From Azolla caroliniana (taxonomy: Eukaryota; Plantae; Polypodiophyta): a stretch of DNA of 64,000 nucleotides. The translations under genes were made by a program, and so were the position numbers. Where the stretch lies: the NCBI GenBank assembly GCA_043228905.1, contig JBHGNT010000003.1, forward strand, positions 11,656,001 to 11,720,000, given 5' to 3'. The notes under the pieces were generated by a model. That model searched no databases, was not told where the DNA came from, and was given only the letters and a program-made list of their open reading frames with translations. Of this stretch, positions 1 to 13,858 are shown one piece after another. How positions within the stretch are numbered: position 1 is the first letter of the stretch; each line of letters opens with the position of its first letter.

Positions 1-118
1 CTTCTTAAGTGCTTATTCTCATGTGCATCATATAAATCACCATTGCTGTCCTGACAAGTGTATAGCTTTGTTGAGACAGATACACATCCTTCATGGGTAA
101 ACTTGATGGCATTTCCAA
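1..118 (-). CDS. HK exon 7, partial (HATPase N-box)
   Basis: AAG|TT GGA AAT GCC ATC AAG TTT ACC = (V)GNAIKFTHEG; continues beyond the window edge. Confidence 0.88.
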
Positions 119-3100
119 CTTCAATGATGAACCACACATACAAGAACGTTAGTAATTAAATTACATCAAAGTCAATGCAATCATTTTAATAAAGCTCTCA
201 ATAAGTTTATATAATTTCCCTCTTACCAAGATTTAGTATACATTGTTGCAACCTCCCTGCATCTCCGATTAAACACTCTGGAACATCAGAGTCGATGGTA
301 CAGTATAATTTTAGATTCTTTTGTGTTGCTCTGACCTATAATATAAGTCGAAGATTAATATAGCATGTATATATGAAGTAAAACAAACTCGCGTATTTGT
401 CAATGTCAACAGTCCATTATGAAAATACAGAGACTCTTCACATCTATAGAAAATTTCCAATGATCCATTGATCATAAGTTCCCTGTACTAAAACAATTCA
501 ACAATAGTATAAGCAATACCACACTTGAAGTAGGCTCTTGCAGTATTCATTACAAATAGACACATGTCTCAAAAGGTAATGCCAGTTTAGTGAGTAAAAT
601 CATTTTCGCCTTGACCAGAAAAGAGAACACAAGCCTAAGTCAAGAAAGTCATATTAAGGTTATCCACTTCTTGTCATTATTATTCATTATCAAAATTGTT
701 GATCTCCGTATCTTTGTTCAATATTAATCTTTATCTTTATGAGAAAAGTTCTAAAAAACATTAGAACTCTATCCATTACCTTTTCATGCAAGCATTGCAT
801 TGTACAGTGTTATGACAGTGGTGATTTTCCAAAGTGAACTTAATTTTCAATTAAAAGAAAGGTAATAGGCCCAAAAGGTTAAAAGGGGAAAAATCAAACC
901 TGAAGCATCTTCACAGTCGATTCAGTAATTCCCGAGAGGTTGAACGGAACACGTTCCAGTTCTAGACGGCCAGCTTCTATCTTTGCGAGATCAAGTATTG
1001 CATTTACAATATGCAGAAGACAATCAGCAGATTGTGAAACCGTTTCAAGATGTTCTCGTTGTTCATCTGTGAGGTCGGTATCTAGAGCCAATGAAGTCAT
1101 CCCAATAATTCCATGGATTGGCGTTCTATAAAACAAGCCAATATAAAAATAAAACAGTTGCTTTCTCGAAGTAAAACAGATTCAGAGGGTGGTCGGTTAT
1201 CTTTTACCAGTCTTTTCATCTACATATTCTTTAGTTACACTTGGCAATTATATGATGACATCCATTTACACGGAGCGGCTCCTAGCATTGACTTAAATTA
1301 AATTCAGTTTTGGATTTTTTTTAACATTTGGCAAGCTTTTTTCAGTGCATTTCTTTCAGCAGATTTCATGAGCTTTGGTGGAATGGCATTTCGTCATACA
1401 TACCATATGGTACCAGGACGATCCTCATCAATGACGCGGTGCTACTCTGCAACATGCTTAACTCCCCAGGAATAAAGGACCCCAAATACCATTCTCAATT
1501 TATTGGTGTTTGCCCTTACATGCAGGGCCCACCAAATGACCATGGGGAGCCACGGCCACCAATCAATCTTAGGGTTAGGAGAAGTTATTGAGATATCGAG
1601 CTCAATTGTCTCGCCTGTGTGTTTACATTACACACAAGTGGTGGTGTGCACATGTTCACATTAAAGTCCACCTCCCTTGTCACATACTATGTACTTATAC
1701 CTTGCTGTAAGATATAACTACCTTTGTCATATAAGCGACCCCCGCGAGTATATAGTTATGGTATAAAATACCAAATTACTTGCCGTGCCTTGGCTTTCTT
1801 CAAACTAGAGAAAGATTTCCTCTAAAGCTTTGATAATAACTCCTAAGAACTTTTTGGTTTTGTAAGCATTCTATACCACACATCTTCTGAAAATGTCCCT
1901 TCCAAAAACTCAGATTCTGAAATCTCAAAGATTCAACTCTATTCTCCTGTTCCTTCGTCTTTGAGAAACAAAAGTTCAAAACTTGCATTGTAACTATGGA
2001 AGTTCTCTTTTCCCCTATAAATAAGGTTGAGAGATTAACCCTCCTTCCCGGAATGTATTATCATTCATGCACTCTCTATGCAATGAGACACAATAAATAA
2101 AAGCCTTGTATATGTAAGATGCCAACTTTCTATATGTATGCAAAAGACAATAACCTGATCTCATGGCTCATATTCGCAAGGAACTCGGACTTTGCTCTAC
2201 TGGCTTCTTCAGCTGCTGTCTGTGAGGCCTGTAATTCCTTATTTGCTTTTTGAAGTTCCTTAGTACGTTCCCGAACCTAAACAATGTTTATATGCAAAAT
2301 GTTATGATAATTTCACCCAAAAGAAAAACAATGTTAATCAAAAGTGAAAAAAAATTTAGATGCGTTGAAAAAGAACCTGAGATTCCAAAGTGGAATTCAT
2401 TTCATTCAGTTCACCCTCCATTTGCTTGCGATCATGCACAATTGCAGCTAATGTGATTGCTACCATTGCCAACACACATACAAACATTTGAACCTGCAAG
2501 ATGTTGATGCATTTCCCTTTATACATGTTTAATTAACAAATATTTCAACGTCCAAGAAGTTTATGTTTTACCCATGCCTAGAATGCATTCTAAAAATATT
2601 CAAAACCTATTGCATTTTCATAAGGAACTGCGGAGTTATTAAATGATAGTGTGCTTTGCTTTGAATATGTTTTTGTATGTTTATTAGCATGGAAAAAAGT
2701 ATTTACATTTTGGTTTAATTTCCATTTCATTCGAGTAATTACTTTCAACAATATGTTTGTTGCATTCCACAATGATTTTATTTTAACTAATTGCCTATGT
2801 CTCCTTTTTGTTTTGTTTCGCCCTCATAACTATGTTAGTTTCTACAATGGTTTTACCTTTCCGGAAACCCTTCCTTTCCTCTTAACTCCCTCTTACCCAT
2901 GCCTAAAATGCATTCTAGGATATTCAAAATCTACTGCCTGATATAAAGGGCTTCTGAGTTATTAAATGATAATTTGCTTTGCATTTGAATATGTCTTCGT
3001 ATATATATTCACAAGGGAAAACGTTTTGCATTCTATTTTTTCCCTTACATCCGAGTAACTACGTTTTCCACAATAATTTTATTTCCATTTTTCTCATTCC

Positions 3101-6100
3101 ATCCTTGTTTTCAAAAATGCTTTACACAATAATTTGGTGTAGCTATGACTATTTTCCCCTTGTTCCATTTCACCATTGAAACTATCTTCTCCACAATAGT
3201 ATTACTCCATTACAAAATCTAGAAGAAGTATGATGTTTGATGGGTCTCTACATTTGTGATCTCTTGAGACAGAGTACAATAGATTTGTGCTTTGTATTAT
3301 TTTTTTATAGGGTTTGCCCTTTTGAGAGTAGTGATAGCATTTTATGTTATAAAAGAGATATGAGGATGGAAGTAATATAGGTCAATGAAGGCTCTTCAGA
3401 GAATAGCCAAAATGGGCAAAGAGGGACCTTGGCATCTTGCATATCTAGCTTGGCTTGATGACATTCTTTTGTTGCATACTCATAGATAGCATGGTGATCT
3501 TTCTATAAGAAACTCGTATGTAATTCTTTCTATAAGAAATTTGGATTTTTGCGTAAGAATATATGTGTATCATTTCCTTTCCCAGTGCAGATCTTCACGA
3601 TCTTTTAGGCAACTATAAAAAATTCATCAAACCATGAAAATGGGCACGAGACAATGGTTGTTGACATTGTTTTCAAGGGACTGGAGACATCGAACCATCT
3701 GCTGTACCTGAATTGATGCACCATGAGCTTCTAGAATTATATTCGACCTAGTATGAGTTTTTGTGTAAGGTTCTGATTCCCCTCAGCTTCACTGTGCTTT
3801 GTGTAAATAGAGAAATTCTACTCTGGCTACAAGGCTCATGGGGGATAGCACGTCTTGTGATCCAGGCATATAATCAAGTCTTCTACTCTAGGCTTGTCTC
3901 ATCGTGTCCTGTGATCTAGGCAGGCATAATCAAGTCTTTTCCTCTAGTCTATCAACTTCCAAGCCTTGATTTGAGGCATTAAGTAAATGTATTGTCACCA
4001 AGGGCTTGTAATAATTTGTCGTAGCATATATTAGAGTAGTTTCTGAAGTTATTCTTGTACACGGTTACTTCTTGATGATAATTACATAACTGGGAAGCAT
4101 CACTATTTAAGGATGCTGGAAGTGGCCTACTTAACACATTCTGGTGCCATTACCATGTCAAATTTTACCTCTCTTTGTATCAAGCAGTAGGCAATTTACT
4201 ATAGTATCAGTGACATCTTCTTACAACCTATGGGTCATAATGTACAATTTTTTATAGTATTACGAATTTGCATTTTAATGATAAGAATAAGAACAAACTC
4301 ATTTCAATAATCAAAATACAGAGATAACACTCTTTTTCAAAAGGATATTTACCTGAAGCAATGAGTTATCACTATTGTCATCGTGATAAAGTGGTCCACG
4401 ATGCTTTGCAGTGCCTGCACTTGCCATAATAGCTACCACAACGACAGATAGAGGCAAGCCAACACGGTTGAAACGAAATGATGCCCATATGACCATTGGA
4501 AATACCAAGTAGGATAAGTGTTGGACAAACTCATTATTGTTTTGAACCCCGAGATTGAAGAAAATGAACATGCAGAGACCAATTAGAAGGAGAAACAATG
4601 TCACACATTCAGAAAGCCTTATCAGGAACTTCTGAATGGAAAAGCCAGAGTGACCCCAAGGATGAGTGTGATGAGCATCTGGCAGTGTTGAACTTTCATT
4701 ATCCTCTCTCACATTGTCAGTTACACCATGTCTTCCATCTACGCGCACATGCCTTTGTGTATCCGCTATACGGCTTTCTCTCTTGCATTTGCTACAACAC
4801 TTTTTCATGAACTCATCGAGTGATAAACCGCAGTGGGAATCGTATTCATTGTTCTGATACTCTGGTATAGCAATCTCAACATCCATCATATTCCGTCGTT
4901 GGCACTTTCCATTAGAGCTACTTACTTGCCATGAGCTTTCTTTGTTGGGCAACGAGTCTGAGACTGAAAAACTCTGGGTAGAATGAAATTTTGATTGCCG
5001 ATTCTCATCCCCAAGAGAGTTTCTTTTGATACAGTTTTTTTTCCTTCCCTTGAAGAATGTTTGGAAATCTTCATCGAAAAAGTTCCAAACATGGAGGATA
5101 CAAGGGGTATAGCAAAGAATTGCCGATAAATCACCAAGTACCCAAGTTGACCAAACTTGAACAAAGTGGTTCCACGTAGAGAGTCTTGAGAGCGAGAGGA
5201 CAATAGCATTTCCAGTTCCAGCAATAAGTGTTGTAATTGGTGCTGCGACAAAAAGCCACAATGCATCGTGGAATGTATTGACTGTGAGAGTGCCATCTCT
5301 CGCATCCTACAAATGAAACGAAATCATAATAAACTAAGTCAGATGGGCACAGCTGCATCTCGAATTAGGTATAATCCAAAGCCTAGTAATTATAGTTTGA
5401 GGATGTCAGAATCCATGAATTAAGTAAGTCTACACAGTTTGAACAATAGATGGGTGATTCCCCACATGTGTAACCACAGGAAATGAGTTCGATGGAAGGA
5501 GGCTTTTAAATTCTTTTCTTACACATTATTTACATACAGACATATGGATACCATTACAAGGGAAGTATACTTGGAACAAATATTACAAGAAAAAAAGGGT
5601 GCATTTTATTCAGGAAGAAAAAGCATGTTTTAAATAAGTGACAAATCAAAGGAAGTGAGGCAGATTGCTTGGACATAATAGAAAAACTTCATAGGCATAA
5701 AAATTCTGTTCATTGTAAATAAGGGGAAGATAAACGAAGTGCTGACACATTGTTTAGACATAAATAAATAGAAATAAAGCTCGTGAAGTATGAAGAAGAC
5801 ATGATTATTTTTTCTTGTTCATTCCAAAAATAAGTGACAAGTAAAAGGAAGTGTGACACATTGTTTGGGCATAACAAATAAATAAATATTCATGAGCGTG
5901 AAAAAGGAAAATATATTCTATATGCTCTTTTCTTCCCCCATGGATGTTTTAACAACAAAAAAATGCCAACACAGAAGAAAATGAAAGGCAGGAAGGTATA
6001 GATAAAAAGATAGTAAAGGCGTACCTGCCATCTGAAGCAACCATTCTTGTAACAAAGAGGGTGTTTGAGGAGCCAGGCACAAGAAAGAGACTCAACCAAT

Positions 6101-6384
6101 GAGAACAAACCCAAAGCGATAGAGGCCGGGAGGCATGAGCGAAGCCGTTGTTTCTGAAAATACCACAAATTTGATGCGACGTTACCTGAGAAAATCCCAG
6201 GAAAGACTTTACAACCGAAGATGAGGACGGCAGCCACCATTATCCCAGATGGTGCCCATATCGGAGATGATTGTGTCCTTAATGTAGACAGCGTCTCCGA
6301 TAACTGCCCTGCCCCTACATATACACATGCAAGCATAATGTTCACTATGAACCACCTTGCTGAACCCCACCTTAGATCTTTCAT
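1..6384 (-). CDS. Spliced membrane-bound sensor histidine kinase (MASE1-like TM sensor + coiled coil + HisKA + HATPase_c), 3'-partial. Exons 6384-6025, 5306-4353, 2493-2377, 2276-2155, 1125-900, 335-227, 118-<1 (~668 aa in window)
   Basis: Seven exons join in frame across GT..AG introns. MASE1-like motifs SPIWAPSG, WVLGD..ILCYTP and YLVFPMVIWASFRF. H-box [22 protein letters not shown], then ILDLAKIEAG, GDAGRLQQCILNL and N-box VGNAIKFTHEG. Confidence 0.92.
227..335 (-). CDS. HK exon 6 (start of HATPase)
   Basis: TAG|GTC..G|GTAAG; VRATQKNLKLYCTIDSDVPECLIGDAGRLQQCILNL. Confidence 0.9.
900..1125 (-). CDS. HK exon 5 (HisKA)
   Basis: TATAG|A..[24 protein letters not shown]...ILDLAKIEAGRLELERVPF. 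Confidence 0.92.
2155..2276 (-). CDS. HK exon 4 (coiled coil and phospho-His H-box)
   Basis: TTAG|[49 protein letters not shown](R). Confidence 0.92.
2377..2493 (-). CDS. HK exon 3 (last TM helix and start of coiled coil)
   Basis: TTGCAG|GTT..CAG|GTTC; VQMFVCVLAMVAITLAAIVHDRKQMEGELNEMNSTLESQ; 117 nt. Confidence 0.88.
2568..3180. repeat. Degenerate ~325-bp tandem duplication in HK intron 2
   Basis: TTACCCATGCCTA(G/A)AATGCATTCTA...GAGTTATTAAATGATA...TTTGAATATGT starts at both 2568 and 2893. Confidence 0.7.
4353..5306 (-). CDS. HK exon 2 (MASE1 core with a long hydrophilic loop)
   Basis: Acceptor TTTGTAG|GAT at 5306; donor CAG|GTAAAT at 4353; 954 nt, open throughout. Confidence 0.88.
6025..6384 (-). 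CDS. HK exon 1 (start codon; N-terminal MASE1 TM helices)
   Basis: ATG at 6384 with an in-frame upstream stop; MKDLRWGS...CFRWQ; donor CAG|GTAC at 6025/6024; 360 nt. Confidence 0.85.
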
Positions 6385-7519
6385 ATTTTGGGCCTTTGTA
6401 TGTTTTCAACCATGAGATAGAAATGGCAGCAATGATTTGAGCATTCAAGTTCATTCATAGCATCACACTCCTTATCATCAAATCATTCTCCATGTCACTC
6501 AGGATGCTACCATTTGTTGATCTGGTGATTGCATATCTCTCATGATAACGATGCCCTTTGCTGCATGGTCTAATGATGAATATCTCTCATTATGATGCTA
6601 TTTGTTTCATCTCGTGACCTGGTGATCGAAAATCGTGTAGAACTTACACGTTAGGTCTCCGAGATCAACGTATTTAGCTCTTCAAATTCTGCTTTCATCC
6701 TTTTTCTTAATAAAAATTAAGTCAATTGAGTCTTCCAATTCAGTTCCAGGGCATATTCCAAAAAACCTACTTCAAGACATAACTCTATATCCTCTTTGAT
6801 AAATACCAAAACCAAGTGAGTCCAAAATTAGCAAAAGAGGCATCCGAGAAAGCCTCAGTTTTCTAAGATAAGCTTAGATCAAACAAAGTGTGTATTCAAT
6901 AGTTTTCAAAATCAAGTGTATTCAGGTCTAAGACCAACTTAGATCAGACTGAGTTGATTCTACTTATTTCGTCATCACCAAAAGAACCCTAATCCAGGAT
7001 TTTCGGCTGTACCAAAGACTACCTTCATCCTCGTGAAGATTAAACCCATTGTTTTCATTTTTCAAAACAAGGTTATTGAAGAACCCTAAACCATGATCCA
7101 AATTATCTTAGAGATTATTCCTCTGTTTGCAACACCAGCGCCTTGGTCCAGTAATTTTCAGCTCTGAAGATTCACCTTTATTCCTTCTTAAAGATAGAGC
7201 GAAAATGTGATGTGTTCATTTTATCCATCCAGGAAAGGAAGGGAGGGAGGAAAAGAAAAGAAAACACCAATCCATGAATTTTGACACCATATTCATCTGG
7301 CTAAAAATGTACGAGAAATATGTACTGTATCTTCTTAGAGTTCAGCCCAAAATGATAGTATGTAATTGGTTTAGAAAGAAGAAGAGAGAGCATATGGTGG
7401 TTCCAGGAATAGGGTCAGATGAGAAGCCAAATGAAATGAAAGCAGCAGAGGAGTGGACTGAAGTTTCCTTAGAATGGATTCAGCATTTCCACCATAAAGA
7501 GACGACACACATCAATTCT

Positions 7520-7521
<2 letters not shown>

Positions 7522-7555
<34 letters not shown>

Positions 7556-7600
7556 ATAATACATAGTCCCTTGCGAAGAAAAACGAGAGTATAACAGTCA

Positions 7601-7636
<36 letters not shown>

Positions 7637-7899
7637 AGGTCATACGAAAGACAAGGTGAAGATTCTAAAGTGAAGAAGAAGATAAGAGAAAGGAAGGGTA
7701 GTCAGTCAGTCAGTCATGATACATATATATGTTATATGTACATACATATGATACATACATACATACATACATGCATAGACTACAGAAGCAGTAGGAGTAA
7801 GTATGTACATATGTATGTATATTTAGTAGGAATGGAATAGTGAGTGGTAGAGTGTAATAGATAGAGCATACATACATACATACATATTATGAAATTATG

Positions 7900-7932
<33 letters not shown>

Positions 7933-8077
7933 GACAGACATAGAGAGATAGTGAGAAGCCATGGAATGGATTATTATTATTATTGGCAGCTTGCTTCAAA
8001 TAAACTCTAGCTTTTGCAAAACTTCTTTGTTGCATTATAATTTATAACTATACTAATATATATACTGTATACATATA

Positions 8078-8124
<47 letters not shown>
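7522..8124. repeat. Microsatellite cluster upstream of the HK gene: (GA)n 7522-7552, (GT)n 7603-7632, (TACA/TATG)n ~7717-7932, (CT)n 8081-8124
   Basis: Directly visible simple repeats. Confidence 0.95.
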
Positions 8125-11100
8125 ATCCGCCTCTCATGAGAATGGAAGGTTATGTGTATGACTTTTTTTGTCTTTATTGTTTTATTTTATTATTGATGAT
8201 GTAATGAAAACCCCCAAGGCCCAAAGTTCTCCGAATTTTTCTTCGGTTCTCACCTCCCTTTCACACCGCATGCACCACTCCCACCCACACACACTCACTC
8301 ACAATGGAAGCGAGATGTAACAAATTTGTGCCCGGGAGAAGAAGTCTCACAGCTAGAAAGATCCATTCTAGCATCACACCGCATTGCACTTTGTTCCCTT
8401 CTTCTTGTTTTGGGTTACCACTTCTCTTCTTCTCGTAAAGAAATAAAAGGTGTAAATAAGTGTGCTAACGACACGATGCAATTTCCTCCATCGTAGTATC
8501 GGTGAAGTCTTAGGTGGTGTGCCTACAATAGTTTTGCTACTCAAGAATTCCATTTTACGATATTTGAGATCATATCTAGACATTACAAGTTTCAATCAAC
8601 GAAGCGATTGGTTATCAAGGTCTTTTTATCAATCAACCATGGTTCCTCTTGAGATTAACACAGTACACGACGTAGTTAGATATGGCATACAAAATGTTGA
8701 TCCTACAACACTCATGTAGCTTGATTCTAGAGAATAATGACCACCAAAGACATTTAAATATCAATGTGGAGGTAAGTATATGTAGTTATAAACTTTTTTC
8801 AAATATTTTGACTATGATTACTTCGAATGAAGATGCAATCCTCAAGTTGTGTAAAAGAGAAACCCCCTAGTAAACCCTCAGAGTCATAAGATTTATGTTT
8901 CAATGCTAGTTCTTTACCCTACAAAATTACATTGATCTTAGTGATCTTGTTTCCTAGTTTTGAGTTTTAAAATTAGAAGCTTAGTTTTCTAAAGCATCAA
9001 AAGATTGTCTAGATCATCTTTTATATTCACCAAATCTACAAAAAATATTTAAAGAATGTAGTTCACGAAGGCTATTATTTTATGATCACGTAAAAGAGAA
9101 TGGCCTAGTAAAATTGTCACAATCAATTTCATGGTGAAATTAAATTCCAACATGAACTCGTATAATCCCGTGGCATTGAAATATTGAATTTGATGCTGAT
9201 TTTCAGGTGCAAATCAAAATGACCTTGCATTTCTAAAGATCATTGTCTAGTATTGCAATCATCATGTCTACGACACATGCATAAATTGAATGGGTAACTC
9301 ATGGGGCTAGTTCGCTTACAACCCGACATGTATTTCTCTATTCATATGGGCGCATTCATGTTTGAAATCTAATCTATGAGGGAAATATTTCATATAAGCT
9401 TGATGATAAAAGGAGCAATAAGTATTATGTATTGACAACCTTTAGTATTATGTATTGGAATGGATTTTGGTTAGTTTTCTCCATTGCTATAATGCATTGA
9501 CATGGACATAATGTCTTTGTTATGCCCTTTGTGGAACAAGCCTTAGGCTCATGTGCAAGAAAGATAAGTAGACCAAGCTGATCGCAATAACTGTGGCTGA
9601 AGTTGTTCCATAGGTGTTGAATCTAGTCCCGCGTTATTGCTTTGATAAATGAAGGGTGCTATTTTGTGTCGAACACAAAATTTATGACTTGGCGATTACC
9701 AAGGGAATGAAATTTGTCTCAATGAGAAACACACTTTCTCCATATTCATTATTTAAAATAAGCTCGTTAACTTTTGACACGTTCATCAAACTTTTCTCAA
9801 TGTTATCTTATATGTTATATTGGAGATTTGCTACTGATGTCAATTTCAACAGACCAAATGAGTTTAAAATATATGATTTCACACGGAATTGAAACCGACA
9901 AGTACACAACCTTCTAGTGTGTCAATTACGACCTTTTTGTGTGCCCCTCATGATATTTTCAACCTACCTATAGGTCGTCTTTGAGAACATTAAATTTATT
10001 TCTCTAAAAATAAGGTGGTTGTATATGTGGCGAAGAAATATTTTAAAAATGTACCAATGAAAATAAGGGGTTTGGACATTTAACACCATCATTTTGTGTG
10101 TGAAGACATTCTAATATGTAGAACAACAAAGCGGCTACATTGATGATGATGTCGATTAATGCATTTAAAGATGCCTTAGTCTATAAAACAACAGTTGCTC
10201 CCTATAAACCAACACATGTTTCATGCAGTTACAACAAGAATTTCATTAGAACAGTTAAAGATGAAACATTAGATTTAGATAGACACCATGATGATTTTGT
10301 CTAATACATCTAGTGGTTCATGGATATTAATTTACAATAAGTTTTGCTTGAATGTAATTGAAAGCTATACCACCATCATCATCCTATGTTGTATTATGTG
10401 TGTGCAGAGGCATGATATTAATCACGCTTGTACATGCGTAAAGATGTCCACTTTGGAAATTTTTAGTATCTATAACCTTTGTTGCATTGCGTGATTTTAT
10501 CAATACATGCATCCACATGTTGGCAATCATATCAAATACCAACATTACAAGCAATATCGTGAGATCTATCATTGGTTTTGATTACTTTCTATTAATTATT
10601 TATGGATTCTCTCATAAAAGTCGCCATTTCAAGTGAATGAGAAGTCATAACACATTCATCTTCCGCATTAAAGTTGAGTTATTTATACATAAAACATTGC
10701 ACCTATAAATGTGGAATTCATTAATATAAAAATCACAAAACGTAATGACGCTATTCAAATATCATTTCTAAAAGTTTGCCTTTCCCTAGAGATGCTTATT
10801 CAAGACATGCCCCTTTTTTCCCCTTGTGTGGTTGTCTTATATTACCAATGTAAAATGTTTGAAAATTTCTTGTTTTAATAACGGGCTTCACCCAGTAGTA
10901 AGCATTAAACTATCAACAAAACAACTTGCGTTCAAGCTCTAGTTTCACATGTGTTTGTCCAAACAATCCACAAGTTTGAGTACCAAACTCTATGGTAATG
11001 CTCCCCCACCTTCATTAACATTCTAGTTTGCTTTTCTCACATTTTAAACTTGCACATATCTCTACACACATTTATCTCAACCGCAATGTGTATATCACAA

Positions 11101-13858
11101 TTGTAACATTCATGAATACATAATACTTGAACTTTCAAAGTCATTAATTAACTTTACATACACATTGTAAAAATGTTTCATTTTGGCCCATTTGTCATAT
11201 TTGATCCATGAGGACAACGATAAACGTCTCTCTAATTTCTCATCAAGGTATTGTGTATATTAACACAACTCGACAATGCCAAAAAATACTTGTCCTATTA
11301 TGATTATGAGGATCTTAAGGAAAGTAAAGCCCCTCTAAGGTGATACAAGACTAAGAGGATAAGGTGCCATTAGAACTTAGTTTGCAAAAACTGTCAAATC
11401 AATTTCCTATTCACCTATGGATCTCTCGTGGTAATCCATGGAGGCCATCAAACAATAACCTAGTCTCATCCTTGAATTGTACCACATACTCTAATGCCTC
11501 TCTCACTCTCTCTCCTACCACCACCTCTAACTATATCATGCTCTTGGAAACAAGTGTTCAACCTATAGAGAGGTGTTTGTAGATACATTACAAAAGTCAA
11601 GAATATGCCAAACCATAGATTATTGCATGTTTCTTTGAATGTTTGATGTAAGCTAAAATAGAATAGCACGAGAAAAAATCTCTCATTTGGTTGGATAGTT
11701 GACATAAAGAAAGGGATGTAGAAGATCTCCTAGAGCTTTCAAATGATGTTATGCAATATGTGGTTTTTAAGGAAAGGTTAATGGAATGACTAAGGAAGAA
11801 GTGGGAAGATGCTAAAAGGACAAAATTATAATATTACATTGCAAACATCAACATAGAATGTCAGGGTTCAAGACAAGGCAATAATGCTTCTTGATTGTAT
11901 TCAACCTTATTTCATGATCAATATGTCTATCAATTCTTGTAGAGCCCTTACAATCCTTCACACTCGGTCACCCAAGAGATGCATAAGTTGCATTATGTCA
12001 TAAAAACGCATCAAATTTAAAGCCATGTAAGCTATGTGGTGGAAGCCTTAGCAAAGTATGAATATCACTTGATTTTTAAGTCCTCAATATATAGTGTAAT
12101 TTGTGAAAGCTATAATGACATATTAAGAGCAGGTGATAACACAATTGTCATACTTAAGACACCACCTAGAAGGTTAAAGTTCATATGTATACCTTATTTA
12201 CACATAGAGATTTTGTCTTTCAAGTTATAATTACCCCTTAAGAGGAAGGAGACACACATCAAGAAAACATGTGTATTCAAGGCCCATGGGTCAATATTGG
12301 CCTCTATATGGATGCAAAAACAATATCTATCTCTTACTCTACGTTGGAATGAGGGGATAGAGAATTAAGAACACCTAACACCATGATCTAGCATTGACAG
12401 CCATTTGATAATGCCATTATTCAATGTAGCAACCTTGAACTTCTCCAAGTTGGACACACTCCTACTCTTGCATCTTAACCGTATACATTAGCTCCCTACT
12501 TAGCCAAAGTTGCAACCTTAAGGAAAAGACATGAACCATGCATGGAAATTTATCATAGTGAATGTTGTCACAACATTCCCTATAACGTCTTTCTTAAAAG
12601 AGACATGAAAATTTGCAAAAGAGTTTTCAAATAGGAAACTGAAATAAGAACATACATTAACAAAACGACTATTGCATTTAAGTAGTTTAATAAGAAATTA
12701 CCTTGTTCTCCACTTTCACTCTAGGTTACATACATACATATAAAAAATTCAATAATAATGTTTATGTCAATCAACTATTTGGTTTCAACTCCAAGTTTGA
12801 TATAGAGGAAGTTTTAGATAAAATGTTAAACATCATCGTACCATTTAACATATAGTCCCTTTGTATTTAAGAGAGCATTCATGCATGCAAATTCAATAAA
12901 CATCTTCTTTATACATACTTAAACAATTAGTTGGACTATGTTTGTGATCTCACCTCCATTAGGAAACCCTTCATTGAACAACTATCAAGGAATTCTATAT
13001 TCATACTACTCTTTATCCCAAATTCTTGAGCACTAGGAAAATGGAAATGAAAGCTTTATTCCATTATTATTCATGCTTTCTTGACAGGGATCTATAAAGT
13101 ATGACAAGTTCATATCCCACTTGTTTTATGAAATAGTATCAATGCACTTGATCTATAAAGTATCACATGGCAAAATGCAAAATGTATCACCATGGATGAA
13201 GATTTTCAAGATGGGGGAAGTGAATTTGTATACATATTGATCTTTTAATGCTAAATCAATATTTGCTATCATTGATACGTCTATACACCTAATCTAATGC
13301 CTATGGCTAGAAAACCACTACAATCCTATTCAACTCAATTTAAAGTGCTTTTCTATCACTAGTTGACGAGAATGAAAGGAGCCCTCATGAATTTTTTTTG
13401 CATTGTGTCCACCCAAGTAAGAACACAAATCAATAGATAAAACATTAGTATAATTGATTAATGTAAGGTATGTGGAAAATAGATTGCATGGTTAACATGA
13501 TGTATTGTTGACCTTCTCATAAACATAATGATATGTATGTTTGTTGGTACATATTCCATATACTAGCATATAAATAGTATAATTTAGCCTCAAGCTATAT
13601 AAGTAGTTGTGATTGGAAACCTAATGACGTGCTAGTCTCACAATGTGAAAGGATTGTCTTTACATGTTACATATTGAACTAATATGAACATATGCAAAAA
13701 AGCTCATATGTGCATACATGCATACATACGCAATGAACAACATGCAAATGATCCAAGTTCTTCCTGGGAATCCTTATCCAAGACTATTCAAACTTTATGC
13801 TCTATGACTACAAATTTGTTAGAAGGTCGAGTGTCAATATATCATAATATTAACATAC

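Noticed and set aside
1328-1800. Intronic ORF or possible TE scrap in HK intron 4
   Set aside because: No recognisable motifs or termini, and the exon phases join without it.
1-6384. Bacterial contamination or recent HGT as the source of the bacterial-looking kinase
   Set aside because: Six canonical GT-AG introns and the plant transposon context show a resident nuclear gene.
7274-7962. ORFs with ERERER, CVCVCV and YIHT runs
   Set aside because: They are translations of microsatellites.
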